Shown: in pieces, positions 39,280 through 55,442 of the stretch
Position numbering within the stretch: position 1 is the stretch's first letter
How the letters are laid out: each line of letters starts with the position of its first letter
Source: Eledone cirrhosa
Taxonomy: Eukaryota
Direction: 5' to 3'
NCBI GenBank assembly: GCA_964016885.1
Contig: OZ024743.1
Coordinates: 336,350,001-336,414,000, forward strand
DNA: 64,000 nt
Notes under the pieces: generated by a model
Seen by the model: only the letters and a program-made list of their open reading frames with translations
The model's database searches: none
What the model was told of the DNA's origin: nothing
Made by a program: the position numbers and the translations under genes

Positions 39280-41621
39280 TGTCATTTAATGGATTTACCA
39301 CCTGCAAGAACCCCCCACACAAGATCCTGCTGGACCCTTTTGAGAAAGATCTATTCAACTTCGTCAGGAGCATTAAATTCAAAAAGCATTATAGACACAA
39401 GAATAATTTCCTCCCTAAATTAGCAACAACTATAACAAAATTTAAAGATAGCCACCTCTTACATGTTATGTCTGACAAAACTAAAAATCTATACACCATG
39501 ACTCCTGAAAATTACAACTCTTTCCTTCTTAAATAACTCAATAAAAACTATTAAAAAAACTATACCCTCCAGTGTAAACGTACTTAACCGAAAAGCCCAG
39601 GCTTTGTTTAAGGACTTGCATCTGGATAGATTTTCCCACCCTTATGTACCAACAACCTCAAGGTTCTCTCTCAAGGATCATAAGCCAAACTTTAGAGAGA
39701 ACCCATCTATTAGACTTATAAGCCCAACCACATCCGACCTAGGCCGTATCAGTAAGAACATCCTTGATAGGATAATCCCTGGGATACGGGATGATATCAC
39801 CTACAAGTTGTGGTCCAACACCGGCAAAGTCATTAGATGGTTCTCCGATCTAAGGTCCAAGCAATCTATGAGGTTCATCCAATTTGACATCGACAGCTAT
39901 TACGCTTCAATAACCCCGGAACTGCTTAACAAAGCATTAACCCTAGCCAGCACCAACTCGGACATAACCAATAATGAGATTAACCTCATACTTATGGCTA
40001 GGCAGACTATCATTGAATTCAACGGAGCACTCTGGACTAGAAAAGATAGAACAGACAACTTTGACATCACGATGGGCTCAAGTGACTCTGCGCAAATCAC
40101 CGATTTAGTTGGAATTTACCTATTATAAATCATCAGAGCCGAAATCCAACCCTTGCAATGCGGAATATATAGGGACGACGCCCTATTTGCAGTCCACAAT
40201 TGCACTAATCGGGGCATTGATTTGCTAAAAAAAGAATTACATAGATTCTTTAAAAATAACGGTCTCTCTATCACCATCGAGCCGAACCATAAAGTAGTAA
40301 ACTTCCTAGACGTCACCCTGGATCTCAACAATACCCTATATCACCCTTACCATAAACCAGGTGAAATACTCACATATATTAGCCCACACTCTAACCACCC
40401 TCCGGCAGTCATCAGAGCAGTAATCAAATCTATCTCGTATAGGATCTCAATGCTATCAGCAAATGAGGAGATATTTATAAACCATGCACAATATTATAAT
40501 AAGGCTCTTTCTGAATCTGGTTATGAACAATCAATTTATTACATACCTAAATGTCATAACACAGCAATTCACCCTAATAAACTTAACACTAGAACTAGAA
40601 ATACCTTAACATATAGCCAGATTCGCCAGAATTTTAGCAGTAACAGCACCTATACAGGGAAGTTTAATGGTGGCATCGGCCTTCTCCCCACTCCAAGTAG
40701 CAAACTAAAAATCTACCCTAGAATAGGAATGAGAAATGGGATGACAAATAACAAATCCCCAGGTAATAATAACTCTAGGAAGGCCCCTACCAACTCCACT
40801 AGAACCCATAGAAGGAATAGACCTAGAAATATCACCTGGCTTAACCCCTCTTCTCATCTAATATAGCCACTAATATCCCTAAACGCTTCTTCTCTATCCT
40901 ATCTAAACATCCCCCCCCCCCCAACCATAGATATTACAAACTCTTTAATAAAAATAACATTAAAATCTCATTCTCCACAACACCTAACCTAGCTAGCCAC
41001 ATTGCATTCAGTAACCATCATAAACTAAGACAGTATAACTCCCACACCGCGGTACCACCACCCCTATCAAATACACCACGCCACTGCACCAATAATTACT
41101 CTAGTAGCACACCTCCCCCAGCTAATCCTTCTAGCACTGACCTACCGCTTAGGTTAAATTACCCTACTCTCACTAACCGCAGAAGCAACTGCAACTGCCG
41201 TTACCCTAATGCATGCCCATTAAATGGACAATGCCTGACACCCAACATAGTCTATAGGTGCACAGTTAAAACTGCTTCGAATACCAGCTCTTATATCGGG
41301 TCTACCTCTAACCCTTTTAAGGTACGCTATAACGTGCACTCTTTTTCCTTCCGAGACCCTAGCAACAGATGTTCCACATCGCTAGCTAGGCTCATAAAAA
41401 ACCTTAAATTAAGCAACGTTCAACACTTACAAAAATGGGATATCGTGGCTAGGGCCCAACCGTTCAATGGTCGAAGAAAATCTTGTGATCTCTGTATTGC
41501 AGAAGCATATTACATAACTCTATCACGACCTCTACCGATTAACGATAGAACGGAGGTAACTATTATCTGGCAACATCGAAGGGCTAATTCCTTCGCCAAT
41601 AGAATATTTGACCCAACTTAG
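39280..41621 (+). pseudogene. PLE RT + GIY-YIG ORF, disrupted by stops and frameshifts
   Basis: FEKDL..SDKTKNLY..LKDHKPNF..FIQFDIDSYY..MGSSDSAQ..GIYRDD..NFLDV..CNCRYPNACPLNGQC..YIGST..CDLCIAE. Confidence 0.92.
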
Positions 41622-41999
41622 TCATCTAGCCCCATTTTTACTTGTAGCTAATAAGTTAAATAGCTATGACTAACTTAGATAATTATAAGTTACCTCCTCT
41701 ACATTTTCTCTCAATTAAAAAATTAAAAAATTAGCACTTAACAATAAACTACCCACAATTTCTAATCTCTCGAGGAGTTACTTCCCCTGAAACCACCCTC
41801 TAATTAGTAAGGTAAATATGTCGTTTGGCAGCCATCTTGTTACCCATAGGCAGATCTCACACAATGCAGCCTCGGCAGATGAATACTGCTTGATTATGGC
41901 TGACAACTGATGCAACCAAGACACCATACTGAAAAACCAATATATGGAACATTATATTATGTAACATTCTCTCATTATTTTAATTTATATTCCTTTGAA

Positions 42000-42119
42000 G
42001 TTCCGATGAGCCTCTCTGTTTTTTAACTATGTTAATTATTTTCAACTGAACCAGATCAATTATGATATATAGTCATCTGATCCAGAAATATTATATGGAG
42101 TAGCGAAACAATTGTAAAC
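42000..42119 (+). ncRNA. Type I hammerhead (core CCGATGA, long stem II)
   Basis: gtt CCGATGA gc..gc GAAA caattg TA aac. Confidence 0.7.
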
Positions 42120-42375
42120 GGACATTATTATTATTAATATTATTATTATTATTCTCTACATTCCTTACATCAAACTAATATATGTTGACAATCTTTTAAT
42201 AATGTCTTCCTTGAGGAATTTGTGGTCTTGTTTTGCTTAACTAATGAATATAAATATATATATATATATATATAACGAAGGAAATGTGGTAAGGAACCAG
42301 GTGGACCATAACGCACAAAAGTACTCAATACTTAGGGTAGTAGAGTGGGTAATATATATATATATATATATGTAC

Positions 42376-45230
<2,855 letters not shown>

Positions 45231-45257
45231 TGGCGGCACGTAATTTTCTTTGTTTAA

Positions 45258-45735
45258 ATGCCAACACAAGAGCAAGAACATGGCTTAAGAGGTTGTTCGC
45301 ATAATTGGAAACGAACCGAATATTATTATTGATATTCGAAAAACTCAGATTACATATATTGTATTCAGCCATGTAGAATGATAAAACTATTTGTTAGTTA
45401 TTATACTATTGCAAAGTCGTCCTTTAATCGTTTGTATACATAAAGCTGACTGGCCTGTCTGCTAATATGCAAATCTGGCTGATCAGTCACTGTATATTCC
45501 AGAAAATATCATATATTTTCACTAGTTCTGACAGTTGGCCGGTAAAGAGTATACGGTACTGATGAACGGTAATCACCCAGAAACATTAATGTTTGCCATT
45601 CTGTTTATATGCCAACACAAGAGCAAGAATGACGGATTCATTCTACTCACATGGCATAATTGCAAACGAATCGAATATTATTAATATTCGAATAACTCAG
45701 ATTTACATTTCTCGTATTCAGCCATATACAGCGAT
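45258..45735 (+). repeat. Diverged partial tandem repeat (about 350-bp period) containing an HHR
   Basis: atgccaacacaagagcaagaa..gtattcagccat at 45258 and 45609. Confidence 0.7.
45555..45597 (+). ncRNA. Minimal type I hammerhead ribozyme
   Basis: ggta CTGATGA acggt aatc accca GAAA cattaatg TT tgcc. Confidence 0.75.
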
Positions 45736-45792
45736 AACACTAATTGTTGTGTGTGTGTCTGGGTGTGTGGGTCTGGGTGTGTGTGTGGGGGG

Positions 45793-45865
<73 letters not shown>

Positions 45866-45899
45866 TGTGGGTAATGACCGACAGAATACATGCGGCCTA

Positions 45900-46225
45900 A
45901 ATGGGGTTCCTCAGAAGGAAGTTTGTAGTAACGTACATGATAGAGTGGGTTGCTCGGATATGAGGGATTCGTTTCAGGTAGAGCCGCTACTTGTCACAGC
46001 TCCAATACTATGGGCATGTGGTTAAAATGTCTCAGGAAAGAATCGTTGGACAGAGTTTACGGACGAAACCAACCAGCAGGAGACCCAGGGGTAGACATCG
46101 AAAAAGACGGTTGGATAACATCGATGAGCTTGGCTGGTCTCGCTTGGGGATCCGGCGGGATCAGTTGGAGATGGTTGCATCGGACAGGACCCGCTGGAGG
46201 AAGTATTTGAGGACTCTCACCCTGC

Positions 46226-46228
<3 letters not shown>
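45900..46228 (+). pseudogene. 3' end of an RTE-clade LINE
   Basis: QLQYYGHVVKM..RRPRGRHRKRRLDNI..ASDRTRWRK, followed by (CT)n and (GAA)n. Confidence 0.75.
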
Positions 46229-46289
<61 letters not shown>

Positions 46290-47719
46290 AAGAAGAAGAA
46301 GAAGAAGAAGAAGAAGAAGAAGAAGAAGAAGAAGAAGAAGAAGAAGAAGCCAACAGGATGATAATGGATGCTAGAAGATTGTTGTTGTATTACGATGAAG
46401 GTTGCTAGGTCAGAACGGACTGTGGCATTTTGTTCGGCGTCTTTATAGCGAGCTCTATTGGAGCTAACATTGTTCGTTATTGGAACCCCTGACTTCTAGA
46501 TTCTACAGAGAACATGGTTTCGACATCACAACACGAACATCCACATAACTACTCATATTATCTGCCATCTCACAGGGATGGATTATATAGCATTTGCTTT
46601 GAAATATAAGCTACAACCTTTTTAATACAATTTTTTTTTATCATTTTCGTAATTCTGTCGGAACATTTTGTCATAAAATGAACTCCTTTCTTTGCTTTCT
46701 AGAGAAAGTAGGAGAGTGAGAAATGAAGGTATAGTGTGGAAAAGCGTCAAAGAAAGGGGAGGAATTGTGAAAGCCACTGGAAAATATAGAGGGATAGATA
46801 AGGAGAGACACACCTGAAGAGAAAGACTAGTTATGTATATTTTAAGAGAAATATAAACATATAAATGCATAGAGAGAGGGGGGGCAGTGATAAGGATAAT
46901 AACTGCGGTTTGTTTAGATTTTTGTCATCATGTCCTATCGCCTTTATGGTTTGAAATAATAATTATCATCTTTGTCAACAGTTTTTCGGGCATAACATTA
47001 TTTTTATATGTTTTTCTAATATGCGTTATCTGTGATATCTGTTAAATAAACAAGATTTCACAGATAAAGCATAGCTGATATTTGAAAGCCTTTTTAGATA
47101 AATCGTCACATGCACATTGCACATGCATACGTTACACAAATATTGCTCACGTAACGACATTTAAAAATAAAGATAGGTTTTACTAAAATACTGCTCAGCA
47201 CAATACATAAGTCAAATATTCACATATTTCTATAAATGTATACATATCTTAATAAATATATTTATTTCTATTACACATTAACACATAACATGGACAGCAT
47301 AAAGTGTGTTGTCGCCCTTAAACCGTAATCATGAAATACTCCGTAATTTCTCGCGAAAGTTGTCATTTCTTACGTATAAAGATTGTAAAGGTTTATATGA
47401 AACTTAAGTAGCATTATATTTCGTATGTACTTTATAAAGATCAAGTATATATCGTGGGTCTTTATTTCGTTCAGGTTACTTCAGTTCTTTCGTTTGTTTG
47501 TTTTTAATAACATGGGATCTCGGATGTGAGTGGAAAGCAGATTTGATCAAAACATTCCGACAACATTCTCTGCACGGAATCTCGTTGGTATGTCTTTACT
47601 AATGGTACTATGTCTTCTCTTTCTCACTTGACATTTCTGGTGTTTCCTTTCCTTTCCGCTTGCTAAAAGTATTCTCCATTGCTCGCTATCCATTGACACA
47701 GTTTTCAACTAAAAATATT

Positions 47720-48015
47720 CACATCCTAGGTAGCAGATATATCTCCCTTGCTATATACTTATCACATCCAAGATAGCAGATATATCTCCCCAGCTATACA
47801 CACATCACATCGTATGAAGCCGGTATATCTCCTTTGTTCTCTATCTACCACATCCTACGAAGCAGGTATGTCTACCGTGCCCTCTATCTACCATATCTAA
47901 GGTGGCAGGTATATCTCTATTGCTCTCTACCCATCATATCCAAGGTGGCAGATATAGCTCCACTGCTCTCTATCTACCACATCCAAGGTAGCAGGTGTAT
48001 CTCTCTTACACTCTA
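47720..48015 (+). repeat. Degenerate minisatellite with a unit of about 40 bp
   Basis: Recurring cacatccaaggtagcagatatatctc..ctctatctac. Confidence 0.75.
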
Positions 48016-48902
48016 ACCATTGATAGTTTCCGACTCATTGGTTGGATGTTGTAGAGCGTATGGTTTCACTTCAAGACATATCTGTTAACAATTCAGAATA
48101 AATGATGATCTTTGAAAGTCATTTGTTATCAATCCTTTAAACATGCCCAATCCAGCGTAGTTGACGCCACCAAGCTGCCCGAGTAGAGAGCCTTAGTTAT
48201 CAATACATTTCTCTATCAATCCAGCGTACCTGACCCCACTAAGATGTCTGTGTAGCGAGCCTTAATTATCAATACATTTCTCTATGCTTGTGAGTCGTGA
48301 ATTCCTTATAAAGTCGTATTAAAATATGAACAAAGTTTTCATCTATCAATGAAAACTTTGTTCACTGCTTGTTATTAATTGAAGACAAAAGAAGACCTTG
48401 AGGCAATGATCAAATGAGATGAAATTGTTTTCACTTTTATTTTATATAAAGCCTTTGCTATTTTCTCCACGTGGCGCAGCCGAAACACCGCTCTGAACTA
48501 GGTGCAGAGCCTGTCACCCTCTCCTCTTTCCCCTTTCTTTGTCCCCTTGTCAAGTAACCCTTGCTCTTCCCTATTCTATTCCTCTCATTTATGGCATTTA
48601 TAACTTTTTTCAGCTGTATATTTAATCAAATAAAAATAAAATATACTTTATCTAATATACTTGAATTTGTATAAACCATTTAGACAATCAAATTATGAAA
48701 TATACTATTTATCTTTAGGATAGTGTATTAAACACGGGACTGCTAAAACGTAGAAGAAAACCGTTTCAGTTCTTACATCGAAGATAACTTTTAAAGAGAA
48801 AGCAAATAATATTCTATTAAACAATTTTGGAGCAGTTATAGATACTTTTCAACCTGGGCAACACCGGGTGTTCTGCAAGCATGTATATATGTATATATAT
48901 AT

Positions 48903-49475
48903 ATAATATATAAGATCAAAAGATGGTTAAAAGAGTTATTTTATTATGCGCATTTCAAAAACAAATATCATCATGCAATAATATTTGTGTTTTCATCAGA
49001 TAAAATAGGAAGACATGATATGAAGGTTAAAAAACACTTGTGAATAGTGCAGTTTTAAATCAATATATGAAAAGTAGTTTTAGATTGATGTGTGATATTG
49101 GGAAAAAAAATGTTTGAGGGGGGTGGGGGTGGAAAGGATGAAAAAGAGGAGGAGATGAGAGTAAAAAGTGGAGGGGGAGGAGTATAATGAGGAAGGATGA
49201 GATAGGAGGAGAGATGGGTGATAGAGAGAGAGAGATAGCTTTTATAACTGAGAAAAATATATTGTTTTACATAGAGAGGTTGAAAAACCGTTGGAAGATA
49301 ATGTATAAATTAAAAGAATTTGAAAATTAACGAAGAGAAAAAAATAATGTAAAGTTAAGGTTTGTATATTGAAGGGTTTAATAATATGTGCGATGAAAAG
49401 AAAATGTTAATATGTGAAATGCGCATAATAAAATACATGGAACTCTTTTAACCATCTTTGATCTTATATATTATG
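48903..49475 (-). mobile_element. Solo pLTR with inverted tip
   Basis: 48903-48956 is the reverse complement of about 49415-49475. Confidence 0.7.
48939..49005 (-). ncRNA. Type I hammerhead ribozyme
   Basis: Minus strand: ttttat CTGATGA aaacacaaatat..atatttgttttt GAAA tgcgca TA ataaaa. Confidence 0.88.
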
Positions 49476-50734
49476 TATACTCCAGTCCTACAAACTGTAG
49501 AGTGCTTCTTATCCGATATCTGCATTGCTTTATTGTACTACAATAAAACTCACCTCCTACATATATATATATATATATAAAAGGAATTCCAACTTTGTCT
49601 GATTTGCTTGTTTCATTTACAATCCTTTAAAATTATAATGATATTATAATGAAATAGTATGGAAGAATATTAAATGTTAAATGTTAATGGAATAAGTACT
49701 TTCATGCTTTCGCAATCTTCAGGTTCATGATTCAGTGGTGACAGTCAAGTTGGCAATTTTCAACTATAATGAGATGCCTTAAAACTGTGCATTAAATACA
49801 GTCAAAAGGGGCTACAGAATGCTAGGTTTTGAAAACTGTATTTCGACCAATCGTTGTGTGGTTTCACTAGATTGATAAAGCTGATTGGTTTAGGTGTCAC
49901 AGTTGGTTGAGCATGTCTAACGACTTCTATTTGACCCTATCCAAAGCAGCAATTGTTTTGCTATTTTTAGAAATGATGAAAATAGAATTTTCTAGGGTTT
50001 TTATAAAAAATCTTAAGTAATCATCAACATCACTTTTATTATTATTATTGTTGTTGTTGTTGTTGTTGTTGTTGTTAGTGGTGTAGTTGACATGGTCGTA
50101 GGCGCAGTCATAGTGGAAGTAATGCCCTTAAGCATTATTATTGTTCATTTAGCTTGGGTTGGAATTTATCAATACAATTCTATTCTTTAATTTATCTCTT
50201 GATTTCACTTGGGCTGTGTAGTTTGTAGAATGGAAATATTATAAATATTTTCTGACCACATGTTGCTAGATGGTTACTCAGGGGTATCTGACGGACATTT
50301 GGGTTGAATATCTTCAACACTTCGGACCATATCCTAGTGGTTGTGTTCATTAAGCAGTTAATGGAATAATTTTTTTTTAATTATCGTCGTTGTTCCTGTT
50401 GATGCTGTTGCTGCAAACAGTGGCGTTGATGCGGATGCCAGTGGTGGTAGCGTTGGTAATAGCGGTGGTGGTGCTGGTGGCATAATTTGCTTTGAAGTCA
50501 ATGTCTGACCTAACATCCATTTTTAAGTTTTTTGAAATTTGAAACAAATTTTGTTAAGCAAATGAGAAAATACAATATTTAGGCAAAAAGCCCGAATATT
50601 ATGGGCCACATACCTGGAGAGTCAAGGCAGGCACCCCATAAACAGTCTGTGAGAAAAAAATTGGTAAAAAAGGCGATATAAACAGATGAAAATAACAAAA
50701 CTTACAGAAAGCCGAGACGAACACGATTACTGAC

Positions 50735-50990
50735 TAATAATGATTTCTAATTCAGGCACAAGGCCAGCAATTGGTGGTGGTCGAGGGAAGGAAAACCGCT
50801 TATAATGACCCACTATTTAACTGGTAATTTATTTTATTGAAATGCAGAAAAGCAAAGTTGATCAAGGCATGACTTGAACTCAAAACGTGGTAAGTCATAA
50901 CTAAACATTTGTTCGACGCACTGTTGATACTGCCAATCCACTGCCTTTAGCTGACTAATAATGGTTTCTGTCTTAGACACAAGGCCAGCA
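50735..50990 (-). mobile_element. tRNA-derived SINE plus tail of a second copy
   Basis: 50796-50990 is a near-identical reverse complement of 21505-21699. Confidence 0.8.
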
Positions 50991-51219
50991 TTTATATATA
51001 ACAATATATTTTTCTCAGTTATAAAAGCTATCTCTCTCTCTCTCTATCACCCATCTCTTCTCCTATCTCATCCTTCCTCATTATACTCCTCTCCCTCCAC
51101 TTTTCACTCTCATCTTCGATTTCATGAAAAAAGATAGCAGAAAACTTTGCAAATTATGTTAGAAAGTAACCGAAAATAGATATTTAACATTTATATATAC
51201 ATAATGTCGGTGTTGTAAC

Positions 51220-51304
<85 letters not shown>

Positions 51305-51307
<3 letters not shown>

Positions 51308-53130
51308 TGGTTACACAACAGTTAGTTCACCATACCGAGAACAATTGTTTCACCTTAGCGGATCCTCAGCTCATAATGGACATGGTTATACGGAATAGGA
51401 AGGACAACCGTACGACCGCGCATGCGCAGAAATGATCACTTCACACAGGCATTAATAAATTGCGTGCGAGAGGTGAAAGGGAGATAACTACGAAAGTCCG
51501 AAAGTTTCTAGTTGATAAGAAAATTAGGATAAGAAATTGATAAGAAAATTAGTGGGAGAACAGCGACTCCGTAATTAAGTGGTTTAACTCCTTCAAATCC
51601 AAAGCAAAGTTCACAGAGTTTGACATTGTTAATTTTTACCAGTCGATCCCAGAGACACTGTTAAACAAAGCGTTGGACTTTGCTACCAATTACACTGCCG
51701 TGGATGGTTTAGAAAGGGAAATCATCGCTCACTGCCTCAAAACCCTCCTCTTCAGCAATGGAGTAGCTTGGGCAAAGAAGTCAACAACTTCCGACCTATT
51801 CGACATCTCCATGGGATCGTTTGACAGTGCTGACGTATGCGACTTGGTTGGCCTATTTATTTTAGACATATTACGTGTTAGATTCCCGGACTTCCACACG
51901 GGAATATACCGTGACGATGGACTGACCTTATCGAGCCATAAAAGTGATCAAGACCTCGACCGGTTTAAAAAAGACTTAGCTTCTACCTTCAATAAGTTGG
52001 AACTTAGGATAACAGTAGCTACCAACCTCTCTATCGTAGATGTCTTAGACATTAATTTAGACCTTCGCACACACACCTACAGACACTTCCATAAGCTTAA
52101 CGAAAAACTCAATTACATTCACAAGGACACATGCTACTCTCCTACTGTTTTTAGAAACTTCATACATAATATCAGTACTAGAATCTCAAACCTATCCTCT
52201 AATAAGGCTATCCTTGACAGTTCGGAACCCTACTATAACACGGCGTTATCTAACAGTGGCTTCTCGCGTCCTATCACTTACTCTCCCACTAACAACAACA
52301 GCAATAAGAAAAGAAAGCGTAACAATAGACAAACTATCTGGTTCTCTCCTCCCTTCTCACTCAACGTTAAAACAGATGTAGGCAAAAAATGTCTAGCCCT
52401 CTTAGATAGACACTTTCCCATAGGTCATAATTACCTATCCATCTTTAACCGAGACAAAGTAAAACTAGGATACTCCTGCGCTAAGAATATGAAGGCCCAC
52501 ATCACCAACAGTCTTAAGAGCGGCACCCCACCAGGATGCTCTTGCCGAAAGCCTGAAGCTTATCCCCTTCAACAGCAATGTAACACACTCGCTGTAGTTT
52601 ATGAAGCTGTGGTCACTTCCAACTGACCAAATCAACCACAGGAGGTCAAATCCTATGTGGGTATGGCGGAGGGCCGATTTAAGGAACGCTTCCTGAACCA
52701 CCAGTCGACCTTTAGGTACCCGGACAGACGTTCAACCACGAAACTCGCGAGCCACGTATTGTCCTTCAAGGACTCAAGTATGGAATATACCACTCAATGG
52801 AATGCCATCACTAAGTGCAAGCCATACGCAAGAGGAAATCCATCGTGTGGACTGTATATTGAAGAAATGATTAATACTATAAGGAGATTACGCAATAGCG
52901 ATTGCCTAAATATAAGAAATGAAACCTTTACACGTTGTCCACATGTCTGGAAACACCTCTTGAATAACTACAAAGCTCCGGATTGAATAACAACAACATT
53001 CTAATTTTCTAATCAACTCGATCATCTTTTCCTGACTTTCGCAGTTACCTCCATTACACCTTTCGCCCGTGGTTTTGTATCGCTTGGGTGAAGTGACCGT
53101 TTCTGCGCATGCGCGTTCATACGGTTGTTC
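51305..53130 (+). mobile_element. 5'-truncated PLE with inverted pLTR; RT + GIY-YIG reading frame about 51553-52986 (in-frame TGA at 52624)
   Basis: MGSFDSADVCDLVG, GIYRDDG, CSCRKP..PLQQQC, VVYEA..YVGMAEGRFKER, CPH; 52985-53130 is inverted relative to about 51405-51530. Confidence 0.92.
51336..51373 (-). ncRNA. Minimal type I hammerhead ribozyme
   Basis: Minus strand: tgag CTGAGGA tccgctaaggt GAAA caattg TT ctcg. Confidence 0.78.
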
Positions 53131-53165
<35 letters not shown>

Positions 53166-53459
53166 TGTATGTATGTATGTATGTATGTATGTATGTGAGG
53201 TGAGAGAGCTTGAGATCGAACAACACACACTCTCTTTTTTTTGGGGGGGGGGGGGGTAATTTTTGTATTCTCAAACATCCAAATTTGACAAAGGTGTTGC
53301 CCCACTAGACTCTGCAAATAACCTGGCAGAAGTTGTGAAAGTTGCATAAATATTTTATTATATTTTCCCAACGCAATCGTTGTTTACATTTTATATATTA
53401 TTTACACCCTAATTCAATTTTCTCAAACATGGTTAAATTTCAAATTTTGAAAAGAAAAG

Positions 53460-55180
53460 ACAGGCAGACCAAGGCACGTGTGCAACATCGATTGAGAGCC
53501 ATGCAGGATACCTGGTGGAGCCAAAAGGCTGATGAAATCCAGAAGGCCTCACATAGACATGGTACAAAGCTCCTATACATTCTGCTCAGAGAGGTGTATG
53601 GTCCGACCGGTTCACAAATATCACCACTTCGCTCCGGGGACGGCAAGGAATTGCTCAGAAATCCGAAGGAAATTCTGATCAGGCGGCATGACCCCTTCGA
53701 TGAGCTTCTCAACAGACCATCAGAAATTGATGATGAGTTCATCCGGTCGATTCCATCCAGATCTACAAAGCTGGCAATGGCTGATCCTCCTTCATTTGAT
53801 GAGGTGGCGAAGGCCATTGCCAAATTAAACAGCGGCAAGTCACCTGGAATGGATGGACTGAGTGCCAAGATTTTCAAGTGTGCTGGTGATAACTTCTTAA
53901 ACCACCTCACTGATCTCTTTGTGAATGTTTGTAATGAAGATGTACCACAGGATTGGAAAGATGCATTGATGGTGGTACTTTACAAAGGAAAGGGAGCCAA
54001 AGATGACTGTGGCAACTACATAGGTATTTCACTGCTATCTGTGGCTGGGAAGATCTTGTGTAGGATATTGTTGAAAAGATTGATACAGCACATTGCTGTG
54101 GAGGTACTTCCTGAGTCCCATTGTGGCTTTAAAAATAGTAGAGGCACTGTTGACATGATCTTCTCGGCCAAACAACTTCAAGCAAAATTTATTGAGCAGC
54201 GCATGGACTTATACCAAGTTTTTGTCGATCTGACCAAGGCATTTGACACCGTTAATCGGAAGGCTTTGTGGGTTATTTTAGAGTGATTGGGCTGTCCTGA
54301 AAAGTTTGTGAACAATCTGAAACTCTTCCACGATGACATGCAGGCATGGGTGAATGTTGGAAGTAAACTGTCTGAGCCAATCTCGGTTGAAAATGGTGTC
54401 AAGCAGGATGATATACCTGCACCAACTTTGTTTGCCTTGTATTTCGCAATGGTGTTCTTCATGGCCTTTAAGGATTGTCAACACGGTATCTATCTCAGAT
54501 ATCGCACTTCCGGCAAGCTGTTTAACCTTAGGCGTCTCACTGCCAACACCAAGGTACTAAGTACCTTGATCAGAGGATATATTTATATGCAGATGATTGT
54601 GATCTCTTTGCACACTCCCAGAGTGACATGCAGCACCTTATGGATTCTTTTTCCAATACGTGCAGTGCTTTGGGACTGACAATCAGTCTGAAGAAGACTG
54701 TCGTCATGTACCAACCTGCTGCGGATAAAGTTTCCAATGAAATCTCCATACACGTATACGGTCAAAAGCTGAAGGCTGCTGACACATTTGTGTATTTGGG
54801 GAGTACTGATTGTGACCTGCTCTCTGCATGCAGAATTTGGTCTACGTGTTAGTAAAGCAAGTGAGCCATTTGGAAGGCTCAATGATCGTCTTTGGTGCAG
54901 GCGAGGAATCACAATGAGGTCCAAAGTGAGAGTATATGCTGCATGTGTACTGTCAGCTTTGTTGTATGCATGTGAGACATGGGTTGCCTACAGACTGGAA
55001 CGGTTACACCAGCACTGTCTCAGAAAGATGCTCGGTATCAAGTGGCAGATGCATGTGAGTAATGTTGAAGTCCTTGGGAGAAGTGAGTGTCGGAGCATTG
55101 AGAGTATCATCCACCAACGGAGTTTGCGATGGACCGGACACCTCTGCAGAATGGAGGATGATCGAATCCTAAAACAGGAG
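53460..55180 (+). pseudogene. RTE (BovB-like) LINE reverse transcriptase, disrupted
   Basis: KSPGMDGL, YIGISLLSVAGK, RGTVDMIF, FVDLTKAFDTV, GVKQ..APTLF, YADD (frameshifted), LRWTGH. Confidence 0.92.
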
Positions 55181-55382
55181 CCACAGTCGCAGCCATGTTC
55201 AAAGAGAACCAGTGAACTATGATCTCCACTCTGTTGTGAGGGTTCACGGGCAACCTGATGCAGGACCTCAAGCCAAGGAGATCCATAGTTGTCGTCAGTG
55301 TGTGAAAAGCCATATCCGAGCGTCACACATCTGAATCTGACAAGCGATTGCAATACTCTTGGCACAGTTTGCAGCTATGATG

Positions 55383-55442
<60 letters not shown>

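Larger units (their letters stand above)
38265..42250 (+). mobile_element. Near-complete PLE with about 1-kb inverted pLTRs
   Basis: 38265-39275 is the reverse complement of 41235-42250; ORF remnants lie between. Confidence 0.92.

Noticed and set aside
48850-48882. CCTGGGCAACACCGGG hairpin resembling a Helitron 3' end
   Set aside because: Terminal CTAG is absent and no 5' end could be located
46400-50700. Possible host exons in the less repetitive stretch
   Set aside because: No convincing ORF or splice pattern; short exons cannot be excluded without RNA data
52624-52626. In-frame TGA in the PLE ORF as possible selenocysteine (some Naiad PLEs encode selenoproteins)
   Set aside because: It falls in the variable loop between the GIY and YIG strands, not at a conserved Cys; CGA-to-TGA decay is simpler and other lesions are present; no SECIS identified by eye
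55205-55300. Minus-strand CTGACGA followed by a long hairpin
   Set aside because: No GAAA box or stem III follows, so not called as a hammerhead
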